Source: an uncultured Bdellovibrionales bacterium (GTDB lineage Bacteria > Bdellovibrionota > Bdellovibrionia > Bdellovibrionales > SG-bin7). From it: a stretch of 64,000 nucleotides of DNA. Both the position numbers and the translations under genes were made by a program. Below the pieces are notes generated by a model. That model was given only the letters and a program-made list of their open reading frames with translations. It was not told the origin of the DNA and ran no database searches. The stretch covers positions 74,209 to 138,208 of the forward strand of contig CAZCFY010000008.1 in the NCBI GenBank assembly GCA_964498095.1. The letters run 5' to 3'. The stretch's first letter is position 1; every line of letters starts with the position of its first letter. Shown piece by piece: positions 8,643-17,812 of this stretch.

Positions 8643-10178
8643 ATGAAAGCATCAGTAGAAACTCTAGCAGAAATCGCCAAAGATATTTTTTCTCAATGGG
8701 ACAAAGCGTGGCCTGACCGGCGTGCTGGCTTAGAAAGTAGGGGAGTAAAGCTCGCTTGTCAGCCAGGCTGTGTGGGATGCTGTTATATGAAAAAGCCGTG
8801 TACGTTTGCCGAAGCTTGCGCGGTGTCGACTATCATGCGCGCGAATTTGTCCGCGCAAGAGCAGGAAATCGCTAGAGTCAAAGTGGAAAACGTCGTTTCC
8901 GCTCCGCATGTGAGTCAGCAGTGTCCTTTTTTAGTGAAAGGCGTGTGCGCAATCTATGAAGCACGGCCACTCGCTTGCCGTGCCTTGTGGGTTAGTGAAA
9001 ACCAGCGCCAGAACTGCCGCGAAATTTCGTCTGCGGTGAATCAACCGGAGTGTAGTCGTACGCTTTCTGATTTGACCAAAAAATTAGAAGAGCGCCAGGC
9101 GCCTTATCTTGATGGAGCCAAAACCTCTTTCTCCACTTTGTCTGAAGGATTACACGAAGTGTGGAAGCAATCACCGCTTGAGAATTTTTCGATTGCCAAT
9201 TCCGCCTGGCAAAAGCGTTTAAAGTCGCGATCATCGGCGCACGATCAAAACTGGATTGACGATCTTAACGACTGGAACATTTTAAACTTTCCTCTATCTT
9301 TGCCAGTGGCCGGAGATTATCTGCCCGACTTCACGCTTTTAAGGAAGAAAGTAAATCAAATCGAACTCTATGATGAAACTATAGAGTCAGATAATATGCC
9401 GGAGTTTATTTCACTTTATAAAAGAAAGCCCCATGCGGGCTATAATTGGGATACGGAAGAATTTTATTGGGAACGAAAGCCAGAAACATCAGAACTGCCT
9501 TACATCATTTGGATGTCAGACTCCCCGCAAGAGCGCTTTATGATGTGGGAGGCTGCCAAATGCTGCTCTGGAAAAGTACTATGTGGCGGGTTGGGGCTCG
9601 GAGTCTTTCCGCAATTAGCGCTTTCTCAAAAACAGGTGGAGTCCATAGATATCGTCGAATACGACCCAAATATTATTAAAATAATAAAGAGCACGTGGGA
9701 AAGGAACCCTTGGCCGCACTCTAAAAATGTGCGAATTATAAATGACAGCATCGAAAATTATTTGAAAACGACTAAAGAAAAGTACGACTCCGTTTACATT
9801 GACACTTGGGATGCGATTTACCACGAGTACCTTCCGCATTTAAATTTTTTAAGGAAACTCAGTGAGGGCGTATTAAAGCCTAACGGAAAAATCTATCTTT
9901 GGGCGTATGACCTGATGTTGAGAATGTTTTTATCTACCGCACGGTCGGTATTTTTACGAAGAAAGCAGTTCCTCCTATTGCCGGAAAATGGGCTAAAGAC
10001 GTTTACGAAAAAATTCGGTCTGCTTTACGACCTCATTTTTTGGTTGCGGCAAAATCCAAATGCGGATCTAGAAGACTTCCTGGGTAAAGCTTACGACATC
10101 GCGACGGAAAAAACCGAAGATCTCGGTATTTTAAAACTACAAAACTTTGAAGGCGCGGAATCCTTAGCACGGGCTTAA
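8643..10178 (+). CDS. fusion of a YkgJ-type CxxCxxCC cysteine-cluster domain with a spermidine-synthase-like/SAM-dependent methyltransferase fold
   Basis: The N-terminus has CQPGCVGCCYM plus CPFL...GVCAIYEARPLACR (UPF0153/YkgJ pattern). The C-terminus has VLCGGLGLGVFPQ ... IDIVEYDPNII ... VYIDTWD (class I MTase / spermidine synthase-like motifs I, II and post-II). Confidence 0.55.
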   Translation: MKASVETLAEIAKDIFSQWDKAWPDRRAGLESRGVKLACQPGCVGCCYMKKPCTFAEACAVSTIMRANLSAQEQEIARVKVENVVSAPHVSQQCPFLVKGVCAIYEARPLACRALWVSENQRQNCREISSAVNQPECSRTLSDLTKKLEERQAPYLDGAKTSFSTLSEGLHEVWKQSPLENFSIANSAWQKRLKSRSSAHDQNWIDDLNDWNILNFPLSLPVAGDYLPDFTLLRKKVNQIELYDETIESDNMPEFISLYKRKPHAGYNWDTEEFYWERKPETSELPYIIWMSDSPQERFMMWEAAKCCSGKVLCGGLGLGVFPQLALSQKQVESIDIVEYDPNIIKIIKSTWERNPWPHSKNVRIINDSIENYLKTTKEKYDSVYIDTWDAIYHEYLPHLNFLRKLSEGVLKPNGKIYLWAYDLMLRMFLSTARSVFLRRKQFLLLPENGLKTFTKKFGLLYDLIFWLRQNPNADLEDFLGKAYDIATEKTEDLGILKLQNFEGAESLARA

Positions 10179-10315
10179 GAGTAATCCAGGAGTTCCGACA
10201 CTTTCATGCGCGCCTGCCGAAGACCGTGTGGCTTTTTGACCTAATCACAATGATAAATTACTTCTGTGAAGTGGCTACTGTACTTGTTGCGCAATAAGAG
10301 TTATAGCATTTTGAT

Positions 10316-10741
10316 ATGGCGATCCAGATTAATGATCTACTCTTGGGTTTTGTGGCAGCAGGGGTTTCTGTACTTACAATTCACGAAATTCTTGTATTTC
10401 TACTTAAAAAGGCAGGCTTTTTACCAAGTGCAACACCTTGGTCAGTTAAACCCATCGGGCCGTGGAACGTACCAACGATAGTAAATTCCGTGTTTTGGGG
10501 TGGGCTTTGGGGTATTGTCTACGTGCTGATTAGGGATTTTTTACCGTTTGAATTCGTTTGGGAAAAAGGTTGGGCCTTTGGTATCCTGATAGCATTTGTC
10601 AGCAACTTTACTCTTTTGCCACTCATCAAAGGCAAGCCGTTGTTTATGGGTGCCAATTATAGTCTTATTGGCTGCGTTCTTCTTATCTTGTCGGGATTTG
10701 GAATTGTCACAGCCTTACTTTTCGCAAAACTACGAGGATGA
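10316..10741 (+). CDS. small integral membrane protein
   Basis: 141 aa with four hydrophobic helices. No recognisable family. Confidence 0.5.
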   Translation: MAIQINDLLLGFVAAGVSVLTIHEILVFLLKKAGFLPSATPWSVKPIGPWNVPTIVNSVFWGGLWGIVYVLIRDFLPFEFVWEKGWAFGILIAFVSNFTLLPLIKGKPLFMGANYSLIGCVLLILSGFGIVTALLFAKLRG

Positions 10742-10814
10742 TTTTTTTCAAATCTCGCGCTTCTTTAGTCGACAAAACTGCCGACTTCCGCAAAACTAAT
10801 TCTTAGGGGCGCAA

Positions 10815-11954
10815 ATGCATGAAGTCGATAGCCGTTTAAGGACTGGGTTGAGAATCCTTCGCATCATCATATTGTTCGCCATTTTATTTCCCATTGGCTA
10901 CATTCTGCTTTCTAACTATTACGACTTTGAGCCGCCAAGCGAGATAATTCAAAAAATCCTAAAAGACCGTGAGGAAGAAAGGATTAGAACCGAGGGAGAA
11001 CCCATTCTCGCCGAGCAGAGAAAGCAATGGCAAAAGGAAGCGGACGCTCGAAAGCAAAGAGAAGACGAGCTCATCGCCAAAAAAGCCAAAGAACGAACCA
11101 AAGAATATCTTTTGACTCAGTTGGGATGGGTATTGGTCGTAGGCGAGGGCAACTTAGTGGACCCGTACAGATTTTATAGAGAATGTAATCAAAAAAAAGA
11201 CTGCAATATCCCAGAAAAATTAAGGCAATGCCTGAGCCGCGATATTCGTAGCTGTGTGGAGCTCGTGTCTTATGTGGATTCGGCAAAAGAACTTAAAGAA
11301 AAATTTAAACATGAACGAGCCATGGCATTACCCATAGCATGCAATTCCGGAGTTTTTGCTTTCTGCTATATGGATATAAAGCAAATGCCGGTCGGCAAAG
11401 CGCAAATGGTGCTAAAAAAACTATGTGAACACAACTGGGCCCAAGGATGCTACGCTCTTGGTTTTTTGGAATTCTACGATAACCCGGAGATAAAAGACCG
11501 CGTTTGGAACAAAGCCTGCGACTTGAATCCCGTTTTTTGTCGCGAAATCGCCGATAAGGTGCGATTCTCATTTCAAGGAACGGAGACATACAAACTAGGT
11601 GAGCCATGGTTTAAAAGAGGCTGCGAAAAAGGGGATAGATTGTCGTGTAAGGAAGCCGGGTTGGTGCCGCGCGCCTTATACCAGGATCTGTGTGACGAAA
11701 AAAAATCTTTTTTGGCGTGTTTCCGCGCCGGCGTGCAGCTTAGTTATGATCAAGACTTTAAAGAGGCGGCAAAATATTTGGGTAAAGCTTGCGAAAATGC
11801 CCGGCCGAGCGAAGCGTACTTTTGTACCTATCCCGATGGTCCCGATGCGGAGGCCTTTCCAGCTTACAGCGCGTGGCGGAGCAGAGCCGAGAAACTTGAG
11901 GAAGCATGGTTTCTGTCCCTAGCGCCAATAAATTTGAGGATTATGGAAGATTAA
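10815..11954 (+). CDS. membrane-anchored cysteine-rich Sel1-like (Hcp-like) repeat protein
   Basis: An N-terminal TM helix is followed by a charged coiled-coil linker, then repeated paired-Cys units: CEHNWAQGCYALGFLEF, ACDLNPVFCREIA, RGCEKGDRLSCKEAG, LCDEKKSFLACFRAG and KACENARPSEAYFC. These recall Helicobacter cysteine-rich SLR proteins. Confidence 0.45.
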   Translation: MHEVDSRLRTGLRILRIIILFAILFPIGYILLSNYYDFEPPSEIIQKILKDREEERIRTEGEPILAEQRKQWQKEADARKQREDELIAKKAKERTKEYLLTQLGWVLVVGEGNLVDPYRFYRECNQKKDCNIPEKLRQCLSRDIRSCVELVSYVDSAKELKEKFKHERAMALPIACNSGVFAFCYMDIKQMPVGKAQMVLKKLCEHNWAQGCYALGFLEFYDNPEIKDRVWNKACDLNPVFCREIADKVRFSFQGTETYKLGEPWFKRGCEKGDRLSCKEAGLVPRALYQDLCDEKKSFLACFRAGVQLSYDQDFKEAAKYLGKACENARPSEAYFCTYPDGPDAEAFPAYSAWRSRAEKLEEAWFLSLAPINLRIMED

Positions 11955-11994
11955 GCGGTTCGGCGAGAGTTTAACGTAAAACGCCTCACCAAGT

Positions 11995-12873
11995 CTAAAC
12001 CTTCGAAGGAAGTTTTCTAAACTTCTGTTTAAACGCGTCGGTAAAAGCGCCAAAGTTTTCGTAACCTACGAGCAGCGCCACCTGGCTTACCGAATAAGTT
12101 TTCTGTTTTAGTAATCCCATGGCCTCATCAAGCCGACGGTTTTTTAGATAGGAGTAGGGCGTTGTTCCGGTTTCCTTTGTGAACTTTCTCGTGAGAGTTG
12201 AAATGCTCGCGCCAGAATATCTGGCCAGGTCCTTTAAATCCATGGGCGCAAAAAGATTGGACTCGATATATTGAATCGCGCGAGATGCGATGCCGGCGTC
12301 GTCAAACGTTAAAGTGGCATTTCCTTTTTCTCTCTTATTAAAGTAAATCTTTAGAATTTCCTTTAAAACTTCTGTCTCAAAAAACTGTAACGACATCGGG
12401 TTTGGATTTTTGGTGATAACCCTGAGGGTAAAGTATTCCAAGATGAGTTGCTTCAACCAAACCGTACGGCCTATTTTTTTACAAACCCGAAAGAAGCCAT
12501 TTAGCTCAGATGGCTTCATACCAATATTGCTGGCGGCCCACTCGACCTGATCTTTATTGGGGTAAAGTGCCAAAGTGTCATAAATAGAACTTTTGCCCTC
12601 ATCATCGTGAATAAGATTTTTGGGCACAATCAGAAAGCTTTCGTTATCTATTTTAAAAGTTTGTTTGGGATTTTTGGTTCTTACTTCCATGACACAGGCG
12701 CCGCGCGGGAACACCAACATGAGCCGGTCATGAATGTGGAAATCCTTATAAAATTCGCAGCTGCGTTCGTAAGCGATACCCATGGGCATCGTGAAATCAA
12801 TAACTTGATTGAGCAAACAACCCGTGGGCTTAAATTCAAATCCCTTAATCGCGGGTAAAACGAGTGATTCCAT
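11995..12873 (-). CDS. AraC family transcriptional regulator
   Basis: The C-terminal double HTH reads LKDLARYSGASISTLTRKFTKETGTTPYSYLKNRRLDEAMGLLKQKTYSVSQVALLVGYENFGAFTDAFKQKF. The N-terminus is cupin-like. Confidence 0.9.
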   Translation of the reverse strand: MESLVLPAIKGFEFKPTGCLLNQVIDFTMPMGIAYERSCEFYKDFHIHDRLMLVFPRGACVMEVRTKNPKQTFKIDNESFLIVPKNLIHDDEGKSSIYDTLALYPNKDQVEWAASNIGMKPSELNGFFRVCKKIGRTVWLKQLILEYFTLRVITKNPNPMSLQFFETEVLKEILKIYFNKREKGNATLTFDDAGIASRAIQYIESNLFAPMDLKDLARYSGASISTLTRKFTKETGTTPYSYLKNRRLDEAMGLLKQKTYSVSQVALLVGYENFGAFTDAFKQKFRKLPSKV

Positions 12874-12962
12874 AGATTGACGATTTTACCGAAGTTTTAG
12901 AGTTTTTCACCAATTATATTTTTCTCTGAAAAAGGTACAGTCACGACTCGTACGGAGGAACC

Positions 12963-13394
12963 ATGAGATTACCCCTAATTATTGCCTCTCAACTGCTGTT
13001 AGGTGTTCAAGGTAACGCGCAAACTCTGCCGGGCTTTAATGTTACGGTGACCTGCCAAGCGCATTCTTTAACCGGTGGGCATCCCAGAAACGCAACCCGC
13101 TTTACTATGGGGGTATGGCAAAATGGGGAAAAGAACGCATATGTTTTTGAAAGGGATCACCTTCGCGTGGGTCTTCAGGCGACAAAAATTTTTCCGGGTT
13201 TGAACGGCCAGTTAATTTCGCAACTCTTAGCTAAAGACCTTGATAACAACCAAATGAAAAATTATGGATCCGTTGACATTCAGTTCGACGGTACCGGAAA
13301 TGGAAAAGGTTTTTTACATAGTAATTTTGAATCCTCGGAACCGTATGTGTTGGGCACTTTAGAATTAAATAATTGTCGGACAAGGAGACTCTAA
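12963..13394 (+). CDS. exported hypothetical protein
   Basis: Signal peptide MRLPLIIASQLLLGVQGNA. The stop overlaps the next start (TAATG). Confidence 0.5.
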   Translation: MRLPLIIASQLLLGVQGNAQTLPGFNVTVTCQAHSLTGGHPRNATRFTMGVWQNGEKNAYVFERDHLRVGLQATKIFPGLNGQLISQLLAKDLDNNQMKNYGSVDIQFDGTGNGKGFLHSNFESSEPYVLGTLELNNCRTRRL

Positions 13395-13888
13395 TGATAA
13401 ACTCAATTCTCTTGGTTTCTTTCGTATTTCTTCAGATGACCTCGGCGCAGGCGGCCTGGTGGGTGCCGGTACTGAAATGTGATAACGGCGCTGCCCGAGT
13501 GGAAGTGGATTTAGGGGAACGTCGCAATTTGCAATTGGTGATCGAAGATGAGAGAGTTCGCAAACATCTGGTCAGTCTTACCGTGAACCCCAGCTATGTG
13601 CGAGTAATTAGCGGTGAGACCCACAATGGAATTTTTAGATCTTCGGATTTTCGGGGATTTATGCTAAAAGGAGTGTCACCCACTTGTCACAGCGGTTATG
13701 CGCCGACAATTAAGGTTTATCGCGAGAGATCGGGCTTGAAAGTCGCGCTTAACCAAGAAGCTGCCGAGGGTTGTTGTTGGGAGAGCGACTCTGCTGGCCA
13801 TTGTACAAGAAAATCAGCTGATGTACCCTATAAATATTTAGGGGATTGGTATTTCCAATATTGCGAAGAGCTTCCAATCCCAAATTAG
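13394..13888 (+). CDS. exported hypothetical protein
   Basis: ORF 13373-13888. The ATG at 13394 is preceded by an aaggag RBS and gives the signal peptide MINSILLVSFVFLQMTSAQA. Confidence 0.5.
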   Translation: MINSILLVSFVFLQMTSAQAAWWVPVLKCDNGAARVEVDLGERRNLQLVIEDERVRKHLVSLTVNPSYVRVISGETHNGIFRSSDFRGFMLKGVSPTCHSGYAPTIKVYRERSGLKVALNQEAAEGCCWESDSAGHCTRKSADVPYKYLGDWYFQYCEELPIPN

Positions 13889-13899
13889 AGTGGTTTTGA

Positions 13900-14808
13900 A
13901 TGAAGAGGTTTACTTTAAGTCTTTCAATTTTTATTTTGCTAAGCCTTAAGGCTAACGGCGCAGATAAGATCCCAGGGCGGGATTTTTTACTCAATAAAAT
14001 TTTACAAAATATTTCTGTCCAAGGGGCGCGCCGAGGCGCCATTATCGCCGCACCTTCGCGCGATGAAACTTTCTTTTTCCCTACATTTTATGAAACATTG
14101 GATTGGAATACTCCACGTAAGGCAGTCAGTATTCCTCTTAAGGAGTACCGTGAATTTTTGGAAGACTCGAAGGGTTATCCAGAACTCGACAGCAAACTGC
14201 AGAAGTTGACAGATAAAATTGCCGATATCTTAAAAAAGGAATTTCCGAAGAACTTTGGCAGAAAATTGCCAATAGATGTTCGAGCTGCGATTCGAATTTA
14301 TACGAATTCCGGTGGGCAAAGAATGAATTGGGTAAATTTTACTGATTTCATTCACCGAAAAATTCATATCTTTTCTCCTACGACTGGGAATCCTCAACTC
14401 TACTTAAGAGTGTTGGCGCATGAAACTCTTCATTTAAATGGAAAATCTGATGAACCTCTCTTGCTTCTTGGGCTTACAGGTTTAAGAGAGGGGCTTATTG
14501 AATATTTGACGATCAAGCTGCTTTCACGCGCTGGCGAAGTCAAAATCAAAAATAATAAAATCTGGAAGTCAGCCGAGTTCTATAGGGATTGGGTGCGAAC
14601 AATCGAAGAAGAACTCGTGGATAAGCTATTTCAAGGAGACGATACTCCGCTTGTCGATTTGTATATTACTGGTGATGTTAATGATTTCGCGACAAAATTT
14701 AAAATCGCCTGGGAAAATGGTAAATATTCTCCAGATCACTCTGCAATTGACCGCGACGCTAATGATTTTATGAAAGGCCTTTACAAGGTCATGATGGACA
14801 TAAAATAG
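13900..14808 (+). CDS. exported protein with an HExxH motif (possible zinc metallopeptidase)
   Basis: Signal peptide MKRFTLSLSIFILLSLKANG. The single HExxH (VLAHETLHL) is the only functional clue. Confidence 0.4.
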   Translation: MKRFTLSLSIFILLSLKANGADKIPGRDFLLNKILQNISVQGARRGAIIAAPSRDETFFFPTFYETLDWNTPRKAVSIPLKEYREFLEDSKGYPELDSKLQKLTDKIADILKKEFPKNFGRKLPIDVRAAIRIYTNSGGQRMNWVNFTDFIHRKIHIFSPTTGNPQLYLRVLAHETLHLNGKSDEPLLLLGLTGLREGLIEYLTIKLLSRAGEVKIKNNKIWKSAEFYRDWVRTIEEELVDKLFQGDDTPLVDLYITGDVNDFATKFKIAWENGKYSPDHSAIDRDANDFMKGLYKVMMDIK

Positions 14809-14974
14809 AATATTTTTTAGGTAATCTTTCTGGTGCACGGTGGGGGGTGAGAGCCGTGCAACCTGTGAAAAAATCAGATTGCCTCATTAACTCTCGATTG
14901 GAGCATTGATTTCTATTATTTAAACCACAGGTAAATCGCTTCCCGCCTGCGCCGATATTTTAATAGTTACAATG

Positions 14975-15673
14975 TTAGTCGGGGACCGTAACTAAATCGG
15001 CACTTAGGGTGTTGAGTTTTTTCTCTATGGCCGTGTTTGGATCTGCAGAAATAACAATGCCGATAAAATTATTTATAACGTCAGCGGAATTGCCTTGGGA
15101 TAGGATCGCAAAACTCAAATTAGGATAAAGGGGCTGAAGTTCTTTTACAATCTCCATCCAAAGGGTGGGAACGAGGGTGCGCATTTCTCCAGGAAAGTAA
15201 TAACCGGTAAGCAAAGCGAGGGACTGCTTATCATTTTTATCTAAAATATCGACGACGCTTAAAAGAAATTTCTTCATGTCCTCGCGCCCAGTTTTGATAC
15301 CGCCGCAAGAAATGGGACCGTGGCACGGACACAGGCCGCGGTTCATGACGATGAGATTAAACGCATTCGCCACAAAAGGTAGATTATTATTATCCACACG
15401 GATATTGCCGCCCTGTTTGAAATCAGAACTGATAACGAGTTTATCGGAGCTGCTCTCAATAGCGCTACCCCCACGGCCATTGTCATTTAAAAACAAGACT
15501 CTGGAATATCGGCTGTAATCAAAGTTATCATACCGGTCAAAATAGTGCCAGGAGTTGACCTTTAAAAAATTGCCGGCGGGGGAGAACAAGTTGCATTTAT
15601 TTTCACTCGCTCGAACCAGTAGCGTGTTCAAAAACAAAAAGGAAAATAGAAAAATGAGGCGGAGTAGTCCCAT
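14975..15673 (-). CDS. exported hypothetical protein
   Basis: Signal peptide MGLLRLIFLFSFLFLNTLLVRA. No recognised domain. Confidence 0.5.
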   Translation of the reverse strand: MGLLRLIFLFSFLFLNTLLVRASENKCNLFSPAGNFLKVNSWHYFDRYDNFDYSRYSRVLFLNDNGRGGSAIESSSDKLVISSDFKQGGNIRVDNNNLPFVANAFNLIVMNRGLCPCHGPISCGGIKTGREDMKKFLLSVVDILDKNDKQSLALLTGYYFPGEMRTLVPTLWMEIVKELQPLYPNLSFAILSQGNSADVINNFIGIVISADPNTAIEKKLNTLSADLVTVPD

Positions 15674-15952
15674 GATACTTAGACTTATCCGATACCAGCC
15701 GAACCCATTGTTGTCATTATTACAACAATTGTCATCATCACGAAGGGGCGCGTTCGCATATATTGCTCCTTGAGAAAGTCTGCAAAGGGCTTTGCAAGCG
15801 AAGGTCCAGATTTAAGACTTGTCTTCTTGGCTCGCTAATAAAGATGATGTGCCGTCGATACGGCACGGTTACTTGCCCTAATCTTAAATACGGAAGAATG
15901 TTTTTTCAGGTTTTAATAATCTTAGCGGTTCGAAACTCAGTAATTTTGTTTA

Positions 15953-16873
15953 TCAGTCGCATTCGAAAGATGGCGTTCCAAGTGATTTTGTGAAAACAGG
16001 GCCATCCATAATGTGATGACCAGCGCCGAAAACGACTATAACTCTATCAAATTCATTCAATGCTCTTTCAATCGTTTTTACAACATGTGGCTCCCGAACT
16101 GGATCCTGATCATATGAAAATCTCTGGAAGAAATTCCGAGAATCCTTAACGGGGGCTAAATTATCGGATGTTACCTCTGCAGCTGTAAACTCTCTGCCTG
16201 TAGTCCTTTTAAACCAAGCTACGAAATTATCAAATGTCATTTCATATTGAAATCGATCTTTCAACTGCTCAACCTCTTTTTCTTCATCTGCGGTTTTCCT
16301 AAAATCTAGTTGGCCGCGTCGCTTCCAGCGAACAGTGTGTAGATAGTAGAACCAACCTACAATATCTTCCTTTGAATATTTTTGATTAAGCTCGGTCATG
16401 TAAACCATGTCATCAGGCTCGCCGCCTATAAATGGGATTTGGTTTTTGAGGGCAAAATGAATTGAATAGAATCTCTCATTACATCTCTTAAACTCATCCT
16501 GTATACACTTTTGCGCATCTACAATCGCAGATGGAGGAGACTTCCCGGAAGACGTTCTTATTGTTTCGACAATTAAAAAGTCTGGATGATATTTATTGAA
16601 AACGCCCTCAACAAGTTGAAATGTTTTATTAAAAGTTGGCGGCCCGTCGCCATGTTTTGCAGCCACAAAGTAAAGCGTCTTTTCTCCATTGGTGTACTTC
16701 ACCAAGTAGGGCTTCTTACAAGGCTCGCTATTTTCTTTCTCCTCCGTCCATTCTTGGATGAGTTTAGTATCAAAAATAATTTTTGAGGATCCGGCCTCGC
16801 TTATGCTTCTGTTTGAACCCTGGATGTGCGCACATCCCAAAAAACAAAGACTAATAAGCAGTGAAATTTTCAT
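15953..16873 (-). CDS. lipoprotein, possibly TraB/GumN-like
   Basis: Lipobox LISLCFLGC. LYFVAAKHG near the N-terminus and VIVVFGAGHH near the C-terminus recall the TraB/GumN family. The functional call is weak. Confidence 0.4.
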   Translation of the reverse strand: MKISLLISLCFLGCAHIQGSNRSISEAGSSKIIFDTKLIQEWTEEKENSEPCKKPYLVKYTNGEKTLYFVAAKHGDGPPTFNKTFQLVEGVFNKYHPDFLIVETIRTSSGKSPPSAIVDAQKCIQDEFKRCNERFYSIHFALKNQIPFIGGEPDDMVYMTELNQKYSKEDIVGWFYYLHTVRWKRRGQLDFRKTADEEKEVEQLKDRFQYEMTFDNFVAWFKRTTGREFTAAEVTSDNLAPVKDSRNFFQRFSYDQDPVREPHVVKTIERALNEFDRVIVVFGAGHHIMDGPVFTKSLGTPSFECD

Positions 16874-17064
16874 TACCTAAGTTTATGAAATATATTTCAA
16901 TGTTGTCTACTGTGAAAGCTGACTTTGATGTCAATAACAAATGGTTTTGGATATAGCCTGGCTATTAAAGCACAGTGATTAAAACAACGCGTGCAGACCA
17001 AACTATCTTTCGCGATTTCGAATTTCTACTGTTGCAGTATATTTGACAGGAGTAAGTGGCTTTT

Positions 17065-17652
17065 TTAAGTTTGTATATTGCTGTATTTTAAAACAACAGA
17101 TCCATCATGTGCATCTAAATACACGATCATGTGTTTTGAGTCTTTAAAGCGAATCATCCAAATCAGCCGCGGTTTGTCGCCCTGTGAAGGAAACTGATTG
17201 GGTTTCAAAACTTGCATCACCGGTGAGGAATAAGTTTGGACCTCATCGGATAATCCCAAGCTCCTTTTGGCACGCTCAATTGCTTCTTCGCTTTTAATAC
17301 TTGGAGTGACGTTTACGGATGCAATTTTATTCGTAGGAACAAGATTGTTGCCAACCCGAAGCATTCCTTGATCCAAGCTATATTCAAATGAGATTTGCCC
17401 GAAAGCAACTGGTACGCCTTCGAATATTTGGTAAAAGATCACCAGACGCCGCTCTGGGAAATCGGACCCGTTGTCGATAAGCCTAAAAACAAGTTCTTTG
17501 CTGGGGTTGGAAATGCCATATAGATCTTGTCCTTTTTGAACTAAATGTTCTTTGATTTCACGAATCACTTCGGAATCATCTTTCGCAATGGCTGGATTCA
17601 CAAATGAAGAAAAAGAGACAAATAAGAGCGCTAAGCTTAGCAGTTTTTTCAT
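17065..17652 (-). CDS. exported stand-alone FTP + PepSY (M4/M36 protease propeptide-like) protein
   Basis: Signal peptide MKKLLSLALLFVSFSSFVNPAIA. FTP-like stretch VIFYQIFEGVPVAFGQISFEY. PepSY-like stretch SEEAIERAKRSLG ... VYLDAHDGSVVLKY. No protease domain follows. Confidence 0.5.
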   Translation of the reverse strand: MKKLLSLALLFVSFSSFVNPAIAKDDSEVIREIKEHLVQKGQDLYGISNPSKELVFRLIDNGSDFPERRLVIFYQIFEGVPVAFGQISFEYSLDQGMLRVGNNLVPTNKIASVNVTPSIKSEEAIERAKRSLGLSDEVQTYSSPVMQVLKPNQFPSQGDKPRLIWMIRFKDSKHMIVYLDAHDGSVVLKYSNIQT

Positions 17653-17812
17653 AAACTAACTCATGAGATTCAATATGAATTCGTTAAAGTTTTATTTTGG
17701 TAAGTTTGCGAAAACCGTGCCGATCTAAAGCCAAATGATTTCGAGCCAAGGCCTGCCTTGTAATCCTTAGGCATTTCAAGGCGGCCTTTGAATCGAAACC
17801 ATTAGAGATTAG

